From contig JAXGMI010000001.1 in NCBI GenBank assembly GCA_040768745.1, positions 1,824,001 through 1,888,000 on the forward strand: DNA of 64,000 bases. Direction: 5' to 3'. The position numbers and the translations under genes are program-made. Every line of letters starts with the position of its first letter. Positions within the stretch are counted from its first letter, which is position 1. The stretch is from Desulfomicrobium sp. (GTDB lineage: Bacteria > Desulfobacterota > Desulfovibrionia > Desulfovibrionales > Desulfomicrobiaceae). Below, piece by piece: positions 37,174-48,473 of this stretch. A model generated the notes under the pieces. That model saw only the letters and a program-made list of their open reading frames with translations. It was not told where the DNA came from and did not search any database.

Positions 37174-39117
37174 CTATGACCTGCCACTCAGGATTGCCGC
37201 TGCAGACAGAACCAGGATGGCGACGCACAGGTAGAAGATGTAGGATTGGACCCGGCCATGCTGAAAGCCGCTGGCCTTGTCCGCCAAGCGCAGAATCTTA
37301 TGCCCAACGGGTTCGACCACATGTTCAAGCACTGTTTCCGGAGTGTGGGACGCACACTGGGCCGCGGATGGAAAAAAGGTTGTGGGCCGGATTTCATGCA
37401 CCGTGGGTCGCAGAATCCAGGCAAACCACTCGTTGATGATGCCCGCGAAGGAGCCCGCCGTGTACTGCATGCGGGCAGAGGGAGCGGAGAAGCCGCAATC
37501 CCAGGTCACGGATCTGCGCACCCGGTTGCGCAGGAACCATATCGTGCCAACCCCGGCCGCCAGTCCCAGGACAGCCAGGGCCACATGGGTCAAGCCGAGG
37601 GTGTACAGTGCATCCGGGGCGCGGCTGGACATGTCCACAGCGGACCAATCCTTGGCCACGCGGGAGAGAACCTGCCAGAACATGGCCGGGAAGAGGCCGA
37701 TGAGCGTACATCCGGCAGCCAGCATCAGCATGGCCCCGCGCATGCCCCAGCCGCATTCGTGGGCGCGTTCGGCTGGCGCAGAACGGGGCGCACCAAGGGA
37801 CACCACTCCGCAGACCTTGGTGAAACAGGCCAGGGCCAAAGCTCCGGTCACGGCCAGAAGCACTGCGGCCGGAATGACAGCCATGGCCACATCGTTCCAT
37901 TCCATGCCTGCCAAAAGGAGTCCGGAGTAGATCAGCCATTCGCTGACGAAACCATTCAGGGGCGGTAGTCCGCTGATGGCCACGGAACCGAGGGTGAACA
38001 GGGCGGCGGTCCACGGCATGTGCCGCCACAGGCCACCCAGCCGGCTCATTTGGCGCGTTCCTGTGGCATGCAGCACGGCCCCGGCACCAAAGAACAGCAG
38101 CGACTTGAACAGGCCATGGTTCCATACGTGCAGCAATCCTCCAGCCAGGGCCAGGGTGCCCCAGTACGGCGTGTCCCGCTCCAGGGCCACGGTCGCAAAT
38201 CCCAGGCCCATCAGAATGATGCCGATGTTTTCCACGCTGTGGTAGGCCAGGAGCCTTTTGAGGTCGTGCTGTCCCAGGGCGAAGGCCACGCCGAGCACGG
38301 CGCTCGTGCATCCCAGTCCAGCCATGACCCAGCCCGCGCCTGGGGGCGTCGGGAGCCAGCCACTGAAACGAACCAGCCCGTAGATACCGATCTTGAGTGC
38401 CACGCCCGAAAGCAGTGCGGAGACATGGCTCGGAGCGTTTGCATGGGCCGATGGCAGCCAGACGTGCAGGGGGAACACGCCGGCCTTGATGCCGAAACCG
38501 AGGAATGCCAGCCAGAAAAGGGGGGCGAGTTCCACATTGTCCCGCATGGGTCCCAATTCCCAGCTTCCTGTTTGCGCGGCCAGAGATGCGAAAAAAGCGA
38601 AGAGGGCCAGGGTACCCACATGGGATGCGGCCAGGTACAGCCAGCCGGCTGCACGGACTTGGGGATTGCCTCGCTCCAGACTGACCAGAAAATAGGCGCT
38701 GACCGCAAAGAGTTCCCATCCAAGGAGGAAGTGCAGTCCATTGGCGGCAGTCAGGACGAGGCCCATGCCTGTAATCATGGCGTTCCACCACAGGCGGCCG
38801 GATGGGGCGGTACGGGGATGGGTCGAGTCGGGCCAGTACCTGATGGCGTAGATGGAACCTGCTGCGGCTACGGTGGAAAGGAGAACCAGAAAAAAGGCGC
38901 TGACGGCATCGAGGAGCAGGGTAAGAGGGGTTCCTCCCAGGAGGAAATCGCTCTTCCAGGACCATCCGGGCTGGCCGGTCAGCACAATGGTTCCTGCCAG
39001 AAAAGCCGTGATTGCACCAGTCAAGGTACATGCAGCCCACCATCGGGGAAAGGACATGCTTGCCATACCGCCAAGCATTCCGATCAAAGAGCATAAGAGT
39101 AACAAGGAAATATCCAT
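37174..39117 (-). CDS. HyfB-like antiporter subunit (paralog 1)
   Basis: KAGVFPLHVWLPSAH, KRLLAYHSVEN, GLPPLNGFVSEW, TWDCGF..MQYT. Confidence 0.9.
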   Translation of the reverse strand: MDISLLLLCSLIGMLGGMASMSFPRWWAACTLTGAITAFLAGTIVLTGQPGWSWKSDFLLGGTPLTLLLDAVSAFFLVLLSTVAAAGSIYAIRYWPDSTHPRTAPSGRLWWNAMITGMGLVLTAANGLHFLLGWELFAVSAYFLVSLERGNPQVRAAGWLYLAASHVGTLALFAFFASLAAQTGSWELGPMRDNVELAPLFWLAFLGFGIKAGVFPLHVWLPSAHANAPSHVSALLSGVALKIGIYGLVRFSGWLPTPPGAGWVMAGLGCTSAVLGVAFALGQHDLKRLLAYHSVENIGIILMGLGFATVALERDTPYWGTLALAGGLLHVWNHGLFKSLLFFGAGAVLHATGTRQMSRLGGLWRHMPWTAALFTLGSVAISGLPPLNGFVSEWLIYSGLLLAGMEWNDVAMAVIPAAVLLAVTGALALACFTKVCGVVSLGAPRSAPAERAHECGWGMRGAMLMLAAGCTLIGLFPAMFWQVLSRVAKDWSAVDMSSRAPDALYTLGLTHVALAVLGLAAGVGTIWFLRNRVRRSVTWDCGFSAPSARMQYTAGSFAGIINEWFAWILRPTVHEIRPTTFFPSAAQCASHTPETVLEHVVEPVGHKILRLADKASGFQHGRVQSYIFYLCVAILVLSAAAILSGRS

Positions 39118-39593
39118 AGCAAAACTGGATGCGATGATATATTTTTTCAGTTATAATGAATTTTCTAGGCGATAAATACGTCAATAATTAAATATACTGC
39201 ATATTATTTATGCAAATTACTACGCAGTTTTTATTTTTTAATGATCTTTTATATTTTCAAGATGAATTACAAGACATGCATTACGTAGTCATGAAAGCGC
39301 GTCCAGCATGATCTCAAATCCAGACCAGTGGATATGCCTCTCGACATAGGGAGTCAAGGAATTGAGCGGGTCCAGGCGAATTTTGTTCTAAAAGGACGTT
39401 GATCTGCAACAGGATTTCGCGGTTTTCGAGCAAGGGCGTACGGTTTTTCTGTTCTGCCAGGCAGGAAGCATCTTTTGCCTGTGCACAGAACTGTCCGGCT
39501 GGAATGCTTGGATAGTGGTGAGGGGCGGGCTGCTCCATGGGGGAAGAAATGTAATTTTTTTCCTGCGCAAAAGCCGAAAAGTGGAGGATTGGC

Positions 39594-39646
39594 TTGACTC
39601 GCCGGCGGGAAGGTGAGTATAAGTGGGAAAAAGTGGTAAATAGTGG
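39594..39646 (+). promoter_or_regulatory. dcw promoter with three MraZ-binding repeats
   Basis: TTGACT-18 bp-TATAAG; GTGG at 39623, 39633 and 39643 (10-bp period). Confidence 0.8.
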
Positions 39647-39665
39647 AAGAGGCGGTGCGATAGCG

Positions 39666-40121
39666 ATGTTTCGAGGGCATTCACAGCGTTCACAGGATCC
39701 CAAGGGGAGGCTCATGCTTCCGCCTGAATTCCGAGACGAGGTTTTTGCCCAGTCGGCCGAAGGGAAGCTCGTGCTGACCAATTTCGACGACTGTGTTGCG
39801 GCCTATCCTCTGCCTGAATGGGAAGTCATAGAGCAGAATTTTTCCCGCCTGAACATGGCCGACCGGCGTGTGCGCGATTTTCATCGATTTTTCATTTCCG
39901 GTGCAGTGGAGGTGACCCTGGACAGGCAGGGGCGGGTGCTCATTCCACCTCATCTGCGCAGCTATGCAGGGCTGCAGAAGGACATAGTTCTGGCCGGGGT
40001 CGGCCGCAAGTTCGAGATCTGGGATCAGGAGCGGTTCGAGGCCCAGCGCAAGGCCATGCAGGAAAATTTCGACCAGGTCATGGATGATCTGGCGGGCAAC
40101 GGCTTTGAGTTGCGGTTCTGA
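39666..40121 (+). CDS. mraZ: Division/cell wall cluster repressor
   Basis: MFRG..DPKGRLMLP, DRQGRVLIP. Confidence 0.95.
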   Translation: MFRGHSQRSQDPKGRLMLPPEFRDEVFAQSAEGKLVLTNFDDCVAAYPLPEWEVIEQNFSRLNMADRRVRDFHRFFISGAVEVTLDRQGRVLIPPHLRSYAGLQKDIVLAGVGRKFEIWDQERFEAQRKAMQENFDQVMDDLAGNGFELRF

Positions 40122-40129
40122 TCGGGGGC

Positions 40130-41092
40130 ATGGACATGCACTCCGATCACCAGCCAGTCATGCTCCACGAAGTGATGGAATGGATCGAGCCAAGGGCTGG
40201 AGGCCGCTATCTGGACGTCACTCTCGGTCTTGGCGGCCACGCAGCAAGGCTCATGGAGTTGACGGGCGGACAGGCGTATCTTCTTGGACTGGACCGGGAC
40301 CGGCAGGCCCTGGAAAAGGCTCGGGCCAGGCTGGCTTCCTATGGAGACCGGGTGATCACCGCGCATAGCTCCTTTCAGTTTTTTGAATCGGCCCTGGCCG
40401 ATGCCGGCTGGGATCTTGTGGACGGGGTCATTGCCGACCTGGGAGTGTCTTCGCTGCAGTTGGACAACCCTGAGCGGGGCTTCTCATTCCTGCATGAGGG
40501 ACCCCTTGACATGCGCATGGATGCCGGTTCAGGCGGGGAGCCGGCCTCGAACGTCGTCAACTCCGCCTCCTACGAGCGGCTCCGCAAGGTTATCTGGGAG
40601 TACGGGGAGGAGCCCATGGCCGGACGTATTGCCCGGGCCATCGTCTCCTCCCGTCAAGAGCGGAGAATCGAAACCACCCAGGAGCTGGCCCGCATCGTCG
40701 CCGCAGCCTACCCTGCCAAGAGGCGGGCTCTGGCCCGGAACCATCCGGCGACCAAGACGTTCCAGGCGCTGCGCATCGAGGTCAACCACGAGTTGGAGCA
40801 GATCGAAATTTTTCTGGACCGGGTCATCGATGTCCTTCGACCCGGAGCGCGCCTTGCCATCATTTCCTTTCATTCTCTGGAGGACCGCATCGTGAAGCAG
40901 GCTTTTCGCAAGGAAAGCTCCGGATGTCTTTGTCCCCGCGAATTCCCTGTCTGCCAGTGCGGGCATAAGAAGAGACTGAATCTGCTGGTGCGCAAACCCC
41001 TGGTTCCGACAGAAGAGGAAATGCGGGCCAACAGCCGGAGCAGGAGTGCCAAGCTGCGTGTGGCCGAGCGCGTGTCCGGGGGGAATACATGA
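40130..41092 (+). CDS. rsmH: 16S rRNA m4C1402 methyltransferase
   Basis: HQPVM, GLGGH, DLGVSS, PLDMRMD, FHSLEDR, RSAKLR. Confidence 0.96.
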   Translation: MDMHSDHQPVMLHEVMEWIEPRAGGRYLDVTLGLGGHAARLMELTGGQAYLLGLDRDRQALEKARARLASYGDRVITAHSSFQFFESALADAGWDLVDGVIADLGVSSLQLDNPERGFSFLHEGPLDMRMDAGSGGEPASNVVNSASYERLRKVIWEYGEEPMAGRIARAIVSSRQERRIETTQELARIVAAAYPAKRRALARNHPATKTFQALRIEVNHELEQIEIFLDRVIDVLRPGARLAIISFHSLEDRIVKQAFRKESSGCLCPREFPVCQCGHKKRLNLLVRKPLVPTEEEMRANSRSRSAKLRVAERVSGGNT

Positions 41093-41361
41093 GCGGGAGC
41101 AGATCGGGTTTCTGGAGCGTGGGGTTGATGTTTCTGGTGACCATCGCCCTGGGGCTTGGCCTGGTCTGGGTGAACATTGAGCGCGTGGATCTGGCCTACG
41201 AACTGAAAAGCCTGGAGAGAGAGCTGCAGGAAAAGCAGGAGCAGAACTCCAAGCTTCAGGTGGAGCGCCACTATCTTCTGGCACCTGCGACCCTGAGGGT
41301 ACGGGCGGAAATGGCGGGCCTGAAGCCTCCCCGCAGGGATCAGATCAGGACCTTGGAATGA
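41089..41361 (+). CDS. ftsL: Cell division protein FtsL-like
   Basis: TM helix plus coiled coil; located between rsmH and ftsI. Confidence 0.75.
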   Translation: MSGSRSGFWSVGLMFLVTIALGLGLVWVNIERVDLAYELKSLERELQEKQEQNSKLQVERHYLLAPATLRVRAEMAGLKPPRRDQIRTLE

Positions 41362-41377
41362 CGGGCAGAGCTGAATC

Positions 41378-43312
41378 GTGACCAAAAGCGGAAACAAACC
41401 ACCCAAAGACCGGAGCCGCGGCAAAATCATTTTCGCCGGGGTCGTGTTTGGTCTGGCCCTCTTGGGTCTGTGGGCCCGTGCATACTTCGTGCAGGTGGTC
41501 AAGGGTCCTGAATACGCGAGAATGGCCAACCGTCAGTACTGGGCCTCAGAAACTGTTTCCGGAAAACGTGGAGAAATATTTGATCGCAACGGGCTGCTTC
41601 TGGCCAAGTCCATCACCACGCAGTCCGTTTCTGTGCGACCCCACGAGGTGATTGATCCATGGACCGTTTCGCAGCGCCTGGGCAGGATTCTGGGCATCAA
41701 CCCGCGCAACATCAGCCGCATGCTGGGGGATAAAAAGCGATTCGTATGGGTCGCGCGGAAGATCAGCGACGCGCAGGCGACCGCCATCCGGGAGGAAATG
41801 CTTCCCGGGGTGCATCTGGAGGCCGAACATTCACGTCAATACCCTCAGGGGCACATGGCCGGACAGCTGCTCGGCTTTGTCAATGTCGATGGGCAAGGCA
41901 TCGAAGGCGTGGAGAAGAGTTTCAATGAGCTGCTGGCCCCCTCTTCCGCCAAGTACACAGTGCAGAAGGACGCCGCGGGCAACAGGCTTTCGTCGCCCGA
42001 GGCGGGGGACAGAACCAGTTTTGACGGCCAGAACCTGCGTCTGACCATCGACAGCCAGGTTCAGCTGGCCACGGAGGAAGCCTTGGCCCGGAGCGTGATG
42101 AACGCCAAGGCCAAGTACGGCATGGGGCTGGTGGTGGACGTGACCACGGGCGAAATTTTGGGCTGGGCGAACTACCCGCTGTTCAACCCCAACTCGGTCA
42201 AGAAGACAAGCGGGGAGTGGAAGAACCGTTTGGCCGTGGATATTTTCGAACCGGGATCGACCATGAAACCCATCATGGTCGCTGCGGCCCTGCAGGAAAA
42301 GGTTTGTACCCCGTTAACAGAGTTTTATTGCGAAAATGGGAAATGGCAGGTTGCTGGCCGCAGGATCAAGGACACGCACAAGTACGAAAAGCTCAGCGTC
42401 AACAAGATTATCCGCTATTCGAGCAATATCGGGGCGGCCAAGATAGGCCTGGCTCTGGGGGCCGCCAAATACAGCCACCATCTGGAAGAGATCGGGTTCT
42501 CCCGCCCGGTGGGCTTGCCCCTGCCCGGAGAATCGGCCGGACTGTTGCGGCCGGCCAGGCAATGGACGCAGGTCGATCTGGCCAACATGGCCTTTGGCCA
42601 GGGGTTGGGCGTGACCATGCTGCAGATGGCCGAGGCGTATCTGTGCATCGCCAACCAGGGTGTGCGTCTGCCCCTTCGCCTGGTGTATGAACCGGAACGG
42701 CCGGTGGAAGGGAAGCGGGTCTTTGATCCGGATGTGGCAGCCAAGGTCATGGCCATGCTTGAAGAGGTGGTCCAGGAGGACGGCACTGGCACCAGATCCC
42801 GCATCGAGGGAGTCCGCGTGGCAGGAAAAACCGGCACGGCCCAGAAGGCAAGTCCCACCGGAGGCTACGGCAGGGATTACGTGGCCTCGTTTTTCGCCAT
42901 CTTTCCGGCGGACAAGCCCCGCTATCTGGTCTGCATGATGGTCGACGAACCCCAGGCCGGGCATTACGGCGGGGTCCTGGTGGCTCCGGAAGTGCGCAAT
43001 GTCGGTGTACAGCTTCTGACCTCCACCGGGATGCTGGCCGAACCGACGGATACGAAGCATGCTTCGCAGCCGGCTGCGGAACGTTTCACGGCTTCAGTGC
43101 ACAGGGAGGATGCCATTCCTGTAGATCAGGACAGCATGCCCAACCTCCAGGGCATCACTGTCCGCAAGGCCTTGGAAATGCTTGTTGCCCACGGCATCGT
43201 ACCCACGGTCAGCGGGCAGGGCGTTCTCGTCGATAAGCAGAAGCCGCTTCCCGGCGAGAAGTGGCCATCGGACAAAAAATGTCAGCTTTGGCTGGGACAT
43301 CAGCCGGGATAG
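41378..43312 (+). CDS. ftsI: Peptidoglycan transpeptidase PBP3 with C-terminal PASTA-like domain
   Basis: RGEIFDRNG, EPGSTMK, SSN, KTGT. Confidence 0.93.
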   Translation: MTKSGNKPPKDRSRGKIIFAGVVFGLALLGLWARAYFVQVVKGPEYARMANRQYWASETVSGKRGEIFDRNGLLLAKSITTQSVSVRPHEVIDPWTVSQRLGRILGINPRNISRMLGDKKRFVWVARKISDAQATAIREEMLPGVHLEAEHSRQYPQGHMAGQLLGFVNVDGQGIEGVEKSFNELLAPSSAKYTVQKDAAGNRLSSPEAGDRTSFDGQNLRLTIDSQVQLATEEALARSVMNAKAKYGMGLVVDVTTGEILGWANYPLFNPNSVKKTSGEWKNRLAVDIFEPGSTMKPIMVAAALQEKVCTPLTEFYCENGKWQVAGRRIKDTHKYEKLSVNKIIRYSSNIGAAKIGLALGAAKYSHHLEEIGFSRPVGLPLPGESAGLLRPARQWTQVDLANMAFGQGLGVTMLQMAEAYLCIANQGVRLPLRLVYEPERPVEGKRVFDPDVAAKVMAMLEEVVQEDGTGTRSRIEGVRVAGKTGTAQKASPTGGYGRDYVASFFAIFPADKPRYLVCMMVDEPQAGHYGGVLVAPEVRNVGVQLLTSTGMLAEPTDTKHASQPAAERFTASVHREDAIPVDQDSMPNLQGITVRKALEMLVAHGIVPTVSGQGVLVDKQKPLPGEKWPSDKKCQLWLGHQPG

Positions 43313-43323
43313 GGAAGGCCGCG

Positions 43324-44745
43324 ATGAACCTCGAGACGGTTCTGGACAAACTCAGAAACAAGACCGGGCTGCGCACCCATTCAGGAAAGGTGCAGCCCGG
43401 GGATGTGTTTGTGGCTTTGGCCGGAACCAGGGTGGACGGGGCATATTTCATCGATGAGGCCGTGAACCGTGGTGCCTCTGTTGTCATACATGGGCATGGC
43501 GCCGCCGTCACGCCCAGGAGAGGCGTTGATTTCCTCAGCGTGGATGATCCGGCCAAGACCCTGGGCCGTTTGTGTCTGGCCGCATTCGGCACCGAGGCGC
43601 GTCTGCCCAAGATCATCGGAGTGACCGGAACCAACGGTAAAACCACCACTGCCCATTTGCTCCATCACCTTTTGAGCGCAAACGGTTTCTCCACAGGTCT
43701 GATCGGCACGGTCAGGTACGCGTGGGCCGGGAAGGAGTATGCTTCCTCCATGACCACCCCTGACTGCCTGGCTTTGCACGAATTGGTTGGGCGCATGAGC
43801 CGGGACGGGGTCGAATATCTGGTCATGGAAATCTCCTCCCATGCCCTGGACCAGGACCGTATTGCGGGGTTGCCTGTGGAGGTCGGTGTTTTTTCAAACC
43901 TGACCCAGGATCACCTGGACTATCACAGGGACATGGAGTCCTACTTCGCGGCCAAGGCCCGTCTTTTCTGGGGCGAGGACCAGCAGTGCGCCAGGGGCGT
44001 GGTCAACATGGATGACAGTTTTGGAAGCAGACTGCGTCGAGGTCGGCCTGATCTCGTCGGGTACGGGATTGAGACGTCAGATGCTCAACTGCATGGGCAG
44101 ATCCTGTCCGCTGGCACGTGGGGTATGCATCTCGGCATGAGCTGGGAAGGGCGGACATGGGAACTGCGTACCAGACTGGTGGGCCGTCACAATGCCTACA
44201 ACCTGCTCGCCTGCCAGGGTGCTGGACTTCTTCTGGGCCTTGACCCCGGGCGATTGGCCTGTCTGGCCGAGGCCGCTGGCGCACCTGGCCGCCTGGAACG
44301 GGTACCCAACGCACGCGGTCTGGATATTTTCATCGATTATGCGCACACCCCTGACGCATTGGAGAAAGTGTCCATGGCCCTCAAAACCATGGGATTCTCC
44401 CGACTGATCACTGTTTTTGGCTGCGGGGGGGACAGGGATGCGAGCAAGCGCCCTCTGATGGGGCAGGCAGTGGCCCGCCATGCCGATGTGGCTGTGCTGA
44501 CCTCGGACAATCCACGCACCGAGAATCCGGAATCCATCCTGGACCAGGTCCAGCCGGGTCTGGCCTCGGTCCGGCGTCTGATCCGGGAGGTGGACCGGCG
44601 CAAGGCCATCGGTTTGGCCATCGAGTGCATGCAGCCCGGGGACGCCCTGCTGATCGCCGGCAAAGGCCATGAGGACTACCAGATCATCGGAACCCAGAAG
44701 TGTCATTTTTCCGATTTTGAGGTGGTACGGGAGTACCTGCAATGA
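43324..44745 (+). CDS. murE: UDP-MurNAc-tripeptide synthetase
   Basis: GTNGKTT, DYAHTPD, DNPR, AGKGHE. Confidence 0.95.
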   Translation: MNLETVLDKLRNKTGLRTHSGKVQPGDVFVALAGTRVDGAYFIDEAVNRGASVVIHGHGAAVTPRRGVDFLSVDDPAKTLGRLCLAAFGTEARLPKIIGVTGTNGKTTTAHLLHHLLSANGFSTGLIGTVRYAWAGKEYASSMTTPDCLALHELVGRMSRDGVEYLVMEISSHALDQDRIAGLPVEVGVFSNLTQDHLDYHRDMESYFAAKARLFWGEDQQCARGVVNMDDSFGSRLRRGRPDLVGYGIETSDAQLHGQILSAGTWGMHLGMSWEGRTWELRTRLVGRHNAYNLLACQGAGLLLGLDPGRLACLAEAAGAPGRLERVPNARGLDIFIDYAHTPDALEKVSMALKTMGFSRLITVFGCGGDRDASKRPLMGQAVARHADVAVLTSDNPRTENPESILDQVQPGLASVRRLIREVDRRKAIGLAIECMQPGDALLIAGKGHEDYQIIGTQKCHFSDFEVVREYLQ

Positions 44746-46100
44746 TCATGACCCTGCATGACGCCGCCAGTGCCATTGGCGCCAGTGTGGATGACAACCG
44801 GGAAATGGAAGTGACCCGGGTTTGCATCGACAGCCGGGCCGTGCAGAAGGGCGACCTGTTTTTCTGCATCGTGGGACAGCGGCTGGACGGACATGAATTC
44901 GCCGCCCAGGCAGTGGCCGGGGGGGCCTGTGCAGTTGTGGCCAGCACCCCGCTGGATCTGGCCGTGCCGGTGCTGCTGGTCAGGGATACGACATTGGCCC
45001 TGGGTCGTTTGGCCAGGATGTGGCGGGAGAGGAGCAGGGCCAGGGTCGTCGGAGTGACGGGCTCGGCAGGCAAGACCACGGCCAAGGAGATGCTGGCGCA
45101 CGTGCTGTCCAAGGCCGGCAAAACGGCCAAAAACTTCCGCAATCTGAACAACCAGGTCGGCCTGCCCCTGTCCATTCTGGAGATGTGTGGAGACGAGGAT
45201 TTCTGGGTTCTGGAATTGGGTGTCAGCAGGCCGGGGGACATGGACGAACTGGGATACATCCTGGCCCCGGACGCGGCCCTGGTGGTCAATATCGGACCGT
45301 GTCATCTGGAAGGACTGGGCAGTTTGGCTGGCGTTGCCCGGGAAAAGAGCATCCTGCTGGATCATGTCCGCCCCGGTGGATTTGCCTGCATCAGCGCCGA
45401 TTATCCCCTCCTGGTCGCAGAAGGAAACAAGCGAAATCTGCGCCGGGTCAGCTTTTCCGCACGGAGCAATACGGCCGACTACGTCTGTCTGGGACGCGAA
45501 CAAACGCAGCAGGGCTTTGTGTACGCCCTGCAGGCCCAAGGGCGGAAGAACTCGGTCCATGTTCCGGCCAGCGTGCACGTGGCTGAGAATGTGGCCGCAG
45601 TAGCAGCCATGGCCATGGAACTGGGCATGACCGTCAGCGACATCGAGGCGGGTCTCAATGGGTATGCCCCGGTAGCGCAGCGTTTTGTGCAGACCCGTAT
45701 CGGCTCCTGGACGCTGATCGACGACACCTACAATGCCAATCCCGTGTCCATGGCCCGTTCCATCGCCGAGGCGGAAGATCTGGCCAAGGGCAAGCGACTG
45801 GTGCTGGTCCTGGCGGACATGCGTGAGCTTGGGGAGGACGCAGCTCGCGCGCACCGGGAACTGGGAGAGCGTATCGCAAGGTCCGGGGCCAGCCACGTCT
45901 TTTTTCACGGCCAGCATGCAGCGGACGTGGCCGCCGGGCTGAAAGAGTTCAAAGGTCGCTTTATGGCGGTGCAGAGCGCTGAGGAAGTGCTGCAGGCGTT
46001 GCAGTCCCAACGCCAGGAAGCCGGAGTGATGCTTTTCAAGGGATCGAGAAGCTGTAAAATGGAAAACTACTATTCTTTTCTGGAGAGGAACTGGGCGTGA
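44742..46100 (+). CDS. murF: UDP-MurNAc-pentapeptide ligase
   Basis: [23 protein letters not shown]. Confidence 0.95.
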   Translation: MIMTLHDAASAIGASVDDNREMEVTRVCIDSRAVQKGDLFFCIVGQRLDGHEFAAQAVAGGACAVVASTPLDLAVPVLLVRDTTLALGRLARMWRERSRARVVGVTGSAGKTTAKEMLAHVLSKAGKTAKNFRNLNNQVGLPLSILEMCGDEDFWVLELGVSRPGDMDELGYILAPDAALVVNIGPCHLEGLGSLAGVAREKSILLDHVRPGGFACISADYPLLVAEGNKRNLRRVSFSARSNTADYVCLGREQTQQGFVYALQAQGRKNSVHVPASVHVAENVAAVAAMAMELGMTVSDIEAGLNGYAPVAQRFVQTRIGSWTLIDDTYNANPVSMARSIAEAEDLAKGKRLVLVLADMRELGEDAARAHRELGERIARSGASHVFFHGQHAADVAAGLKEFKGRFMAVQSAEEVLQALQSQRQEAGVMLFKGSRSCKMENYYSFLERNWA

Positions 46101-47173
46101 TCTACCACCTCCTCTACCCCTTGAGCGACCAGTTCAGCATCCTGAACGTATTCCGGTACATCACGTTCCGGTCGATCTACGCCATGCTGACGGCCCTCAT
46201 ACTTTCCATCATCATCGGTCCGACGTGCATCAACTGGCTGCGCAAGCTCAAGTTCGGACAGCAGATCAAGGAATGCGGGCCGGATCACCAGAGCAAGAGC
46301 GGCACCCCGACCATGGGCGGTCTTCTTTTCGGGTTCTGCATGCTTTTGAGCGTCCTGCTGTGGGGGGATCTGACCAACAAGTTCGTGTGGCTGACCATCA
46401 TGGTCTTTGTGGGCTTCGGGGCGGTCGGTTTTACCGACGACTTCATCAAGGTGGTCCGCAAGCACAACGACGGACTTTCCCCCCGGGGCAAGCTTCTGGG
46501 TCAGCTTGTCATCAGCCTGGGCGCGGTCTCTCTGCTGGTCTCCTTCCCGGAATACTCGACGCGGCTTATGGTTCCGTTTTTCAAGAATTTCCAGCCGGAC
46601 CTGTCCTGGGTGTACGTGCCCGTGGGCATGTTCGTCATGATCGGAGCTTCCAACGGCGTCAATCTGACGGACGGGTTGGACGGACTGGCCATCGGTCCGG
46701 CCGTGGTTTCCGCCGGCTGCTTCGCCCTGTTTGTTTATGTGGCCGGACACGTGAACATGGCCAGCTACCTGCAAGTTGCCTACATCCCGGGGGTTGGTGA
46801 GGTGACCGTCATCTGCGGGTCCATGATCGGCGCAGGTCTGGGCTTCCTGTGGTTCAACGCCTTTCCGGCCCAGGTGTTCATGGGCGATGTAGGCAGTCTG
46901 AGCATCGGCGGCACCCTCGGGTTTATTGCTGTTCTCTGCAAACAGGAGTTGCTGCTGGTGATTGTGGGCGGACTGTTCGTCGTCGAAACCCTCTCCGTCA
47001 TCCTGCAGGTTGGCTATTTCAAGGTGAGTGGAGGGAAGAGAATTTTCCGCATGGCGCCCTTGCACCATCATTTTGAAAAGAAAGGGCTGCACGAGTCCAA
47101 AATCATCATCCGTTTCTGGATCCTCTCTCTGCTCCTGGCAGTCATGGCTCTGGGAACCCTCAAGTTGCGGTAG
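46097..47173 (+). CDS. mraY: Phospho-MurNAc-pentapeptide transferase
   Basis: [34 protein letters not shown]. Confidence 0.97.
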   Translation: MIYHLLYPLSDQFSILNVFRYITFRSIYAMLTALILSIIIGPTCINWLRKLKFGQQIKECGPDHQSKSGTPTMGGLLFGFCMLLSVLLWGDLTNKFVWLTIMVFVGFGAVGFTDDFIKVVRKHNDGLSPRGKLLGQLVISLGAVSLLVSFPEYSTRLMVPFFKNFQPDLSWVYVPVGMFVMIGASNGVNLTDGLDGLAIGPAVVSAGCFALFVYVAGHVNMASYLQVAYIPGVGEVTVICGSMIGAGLGFLWFNAFPAQVFMGDVGSLSIGGTLGFIAVLCKQELLLVIVGGLFVVETLSVILQVGYFKVSGGKRIFRMAPLHHHFEKKGLHESKIIIRFWILSLLLAVMALGTLKLR

Positions 47174-47180
47174 GCGGGTC

Positions 47181-48473
47181 ATGCGCGAATTCATCCATAC
47201 CAATCAGCTCCGCGGACACCAGGCAGTGGTCCTGGGCGCCGGAACCTCTGGCATTGCAGCTGCACGGCTTCTGGTCCGGCTGGGAGCGACGGTCCGCCTG
47301 CTGGAAAGGAATGCGGCCAGTGCCGCGAAGGTGCCGACGGATCTGGGTTTTGACGTCATTGGAGGTGAACACAGGCCCCAGGACTTGGCCGGCGCCCATC
47401 TAGTGGTGCTCAGCCCCGGGATTCCCAGGGCCAAAGTGGCATTTCTCATGCCGCAAAGGGCGCAGGTCATCTCAGAACTCGAACTGGCCAGCTGGTTTGT
47501 ATCGGAACCCACTATCGCCGTCACCGGAACCAACGGCAAGACCACGACCACGACCCTGATCAGCCGCATCCTGCAGCACAACGGCAAGAAGGTCTTCACG
47601 GGCGGGAACATCGGCACGCCCTTGTGCGAATACCTGCTCGGTGACGAGCAGGCGGATGTCCTGGTGCTGGAGGTGTCCAGCTTTCAGCTGCAGAACTCTC
47701 CGTCCTTTCATCCCCGGGTCGGGGTACTGCTCAATTTTTCCGCCAACCATCTGGATTACCATGCGGACATGGAAGAATATCTGTCCGCCAAGCTGTCCAT
47801 GTTCGCCCACATGGATACCGCGGACCTGGCCGTGGTGCCCCTGTCCATGAAGGACGAGCTGGAGGGCAGAAGGTTCACTGCAGCCCGGCGTGTCTATTTC
47901 GTGGCCACCAAACGATTCGTCTGTCCGGGTCTGCCCGGTGAACACAATCAAGAGAACATGGAGGCTGCCTTCCTTGCCTGCCGCGAATTCGGGCTGACCC
48001 AGGAAGAGGTGCAGAGCGGGATCGAGGGGTTTACCTCTCTGCCTCATCGTCTGGAAGCAGTAACAGAGCATGGAGGCGTGGTGTATGTGGATGATTCGAA
48101 GTCCACGACCATCGACTCCATGATTGCGGCCCTCAAAAGTCAGGATCGGCCGGTGCGTCTGTTGGCAGGAGGGGTTTTCAAGGGCGGCGACCTGCATGCG
48201 GTGCTGCCGCTCATCCGCGAACGGGTCAGGGGAATCTATCTGTTCGGGGCGTCGCGGGATGTCTTCGAGTCGGCCTGGAAGCAGTGCGGGCCTGAAATCA
48301 CCTGGGATCCGACCCTGGAGGATGCTGTGCTCCGGGCTGCCTCCGCGGCCGGCAGCGGAGAGTGCGTCCTGCTGTCTCCGGCCACAGCGAGTTTCGACCT
48401 CTTTGCCAACTACAAGGAACGCGGCAAGGCCTTCCAGCGAGCCGTCCGCCAATGGGTGGAGGGTACAACATGA
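47181..48473 (+). CDS. murD: UDP-MurNAc-L-Ala:D-Glu ligase
   Basis: [36 protein letters not shown]. Confidence 0.95.
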   Translation: MREFIHTNQLRGHQAVVLGAGTSGIAAARLLVRLGATVRLLERNAASAAKVPTDLGFDVIGGEHRPQDLAGAHLVVLSPGIPRAKVAFLMPQRAQVISELELASWFVSEPTIAVTGTNGKTTTTTLISRILQHNGKKVFTGGNIGTPLCEYLLGDEQADVLVLEVSSFQLQNSPSFHPRVGVLLNFSANHLDYHADMEEYLSAKLSMFAHMDTADLAVVPLSMKDELEGRRFTAARRVYFVATKRFVCPGLPGEHNQENMEAAFLACREFGLTQEEVQSGIEGFTSLPHRLEAVTEHGGVVYVDDSKSTTIDSMIAALKSQDRPVRLLAGGVFKGGDLHAVLPLIRERVRGIYLFGASRDVFESAWKQCGPEITWDPTLEDAVLRAASAAGSGECVLLSPATASFDLFANYKERGKAFQRAVRQWVEGTT

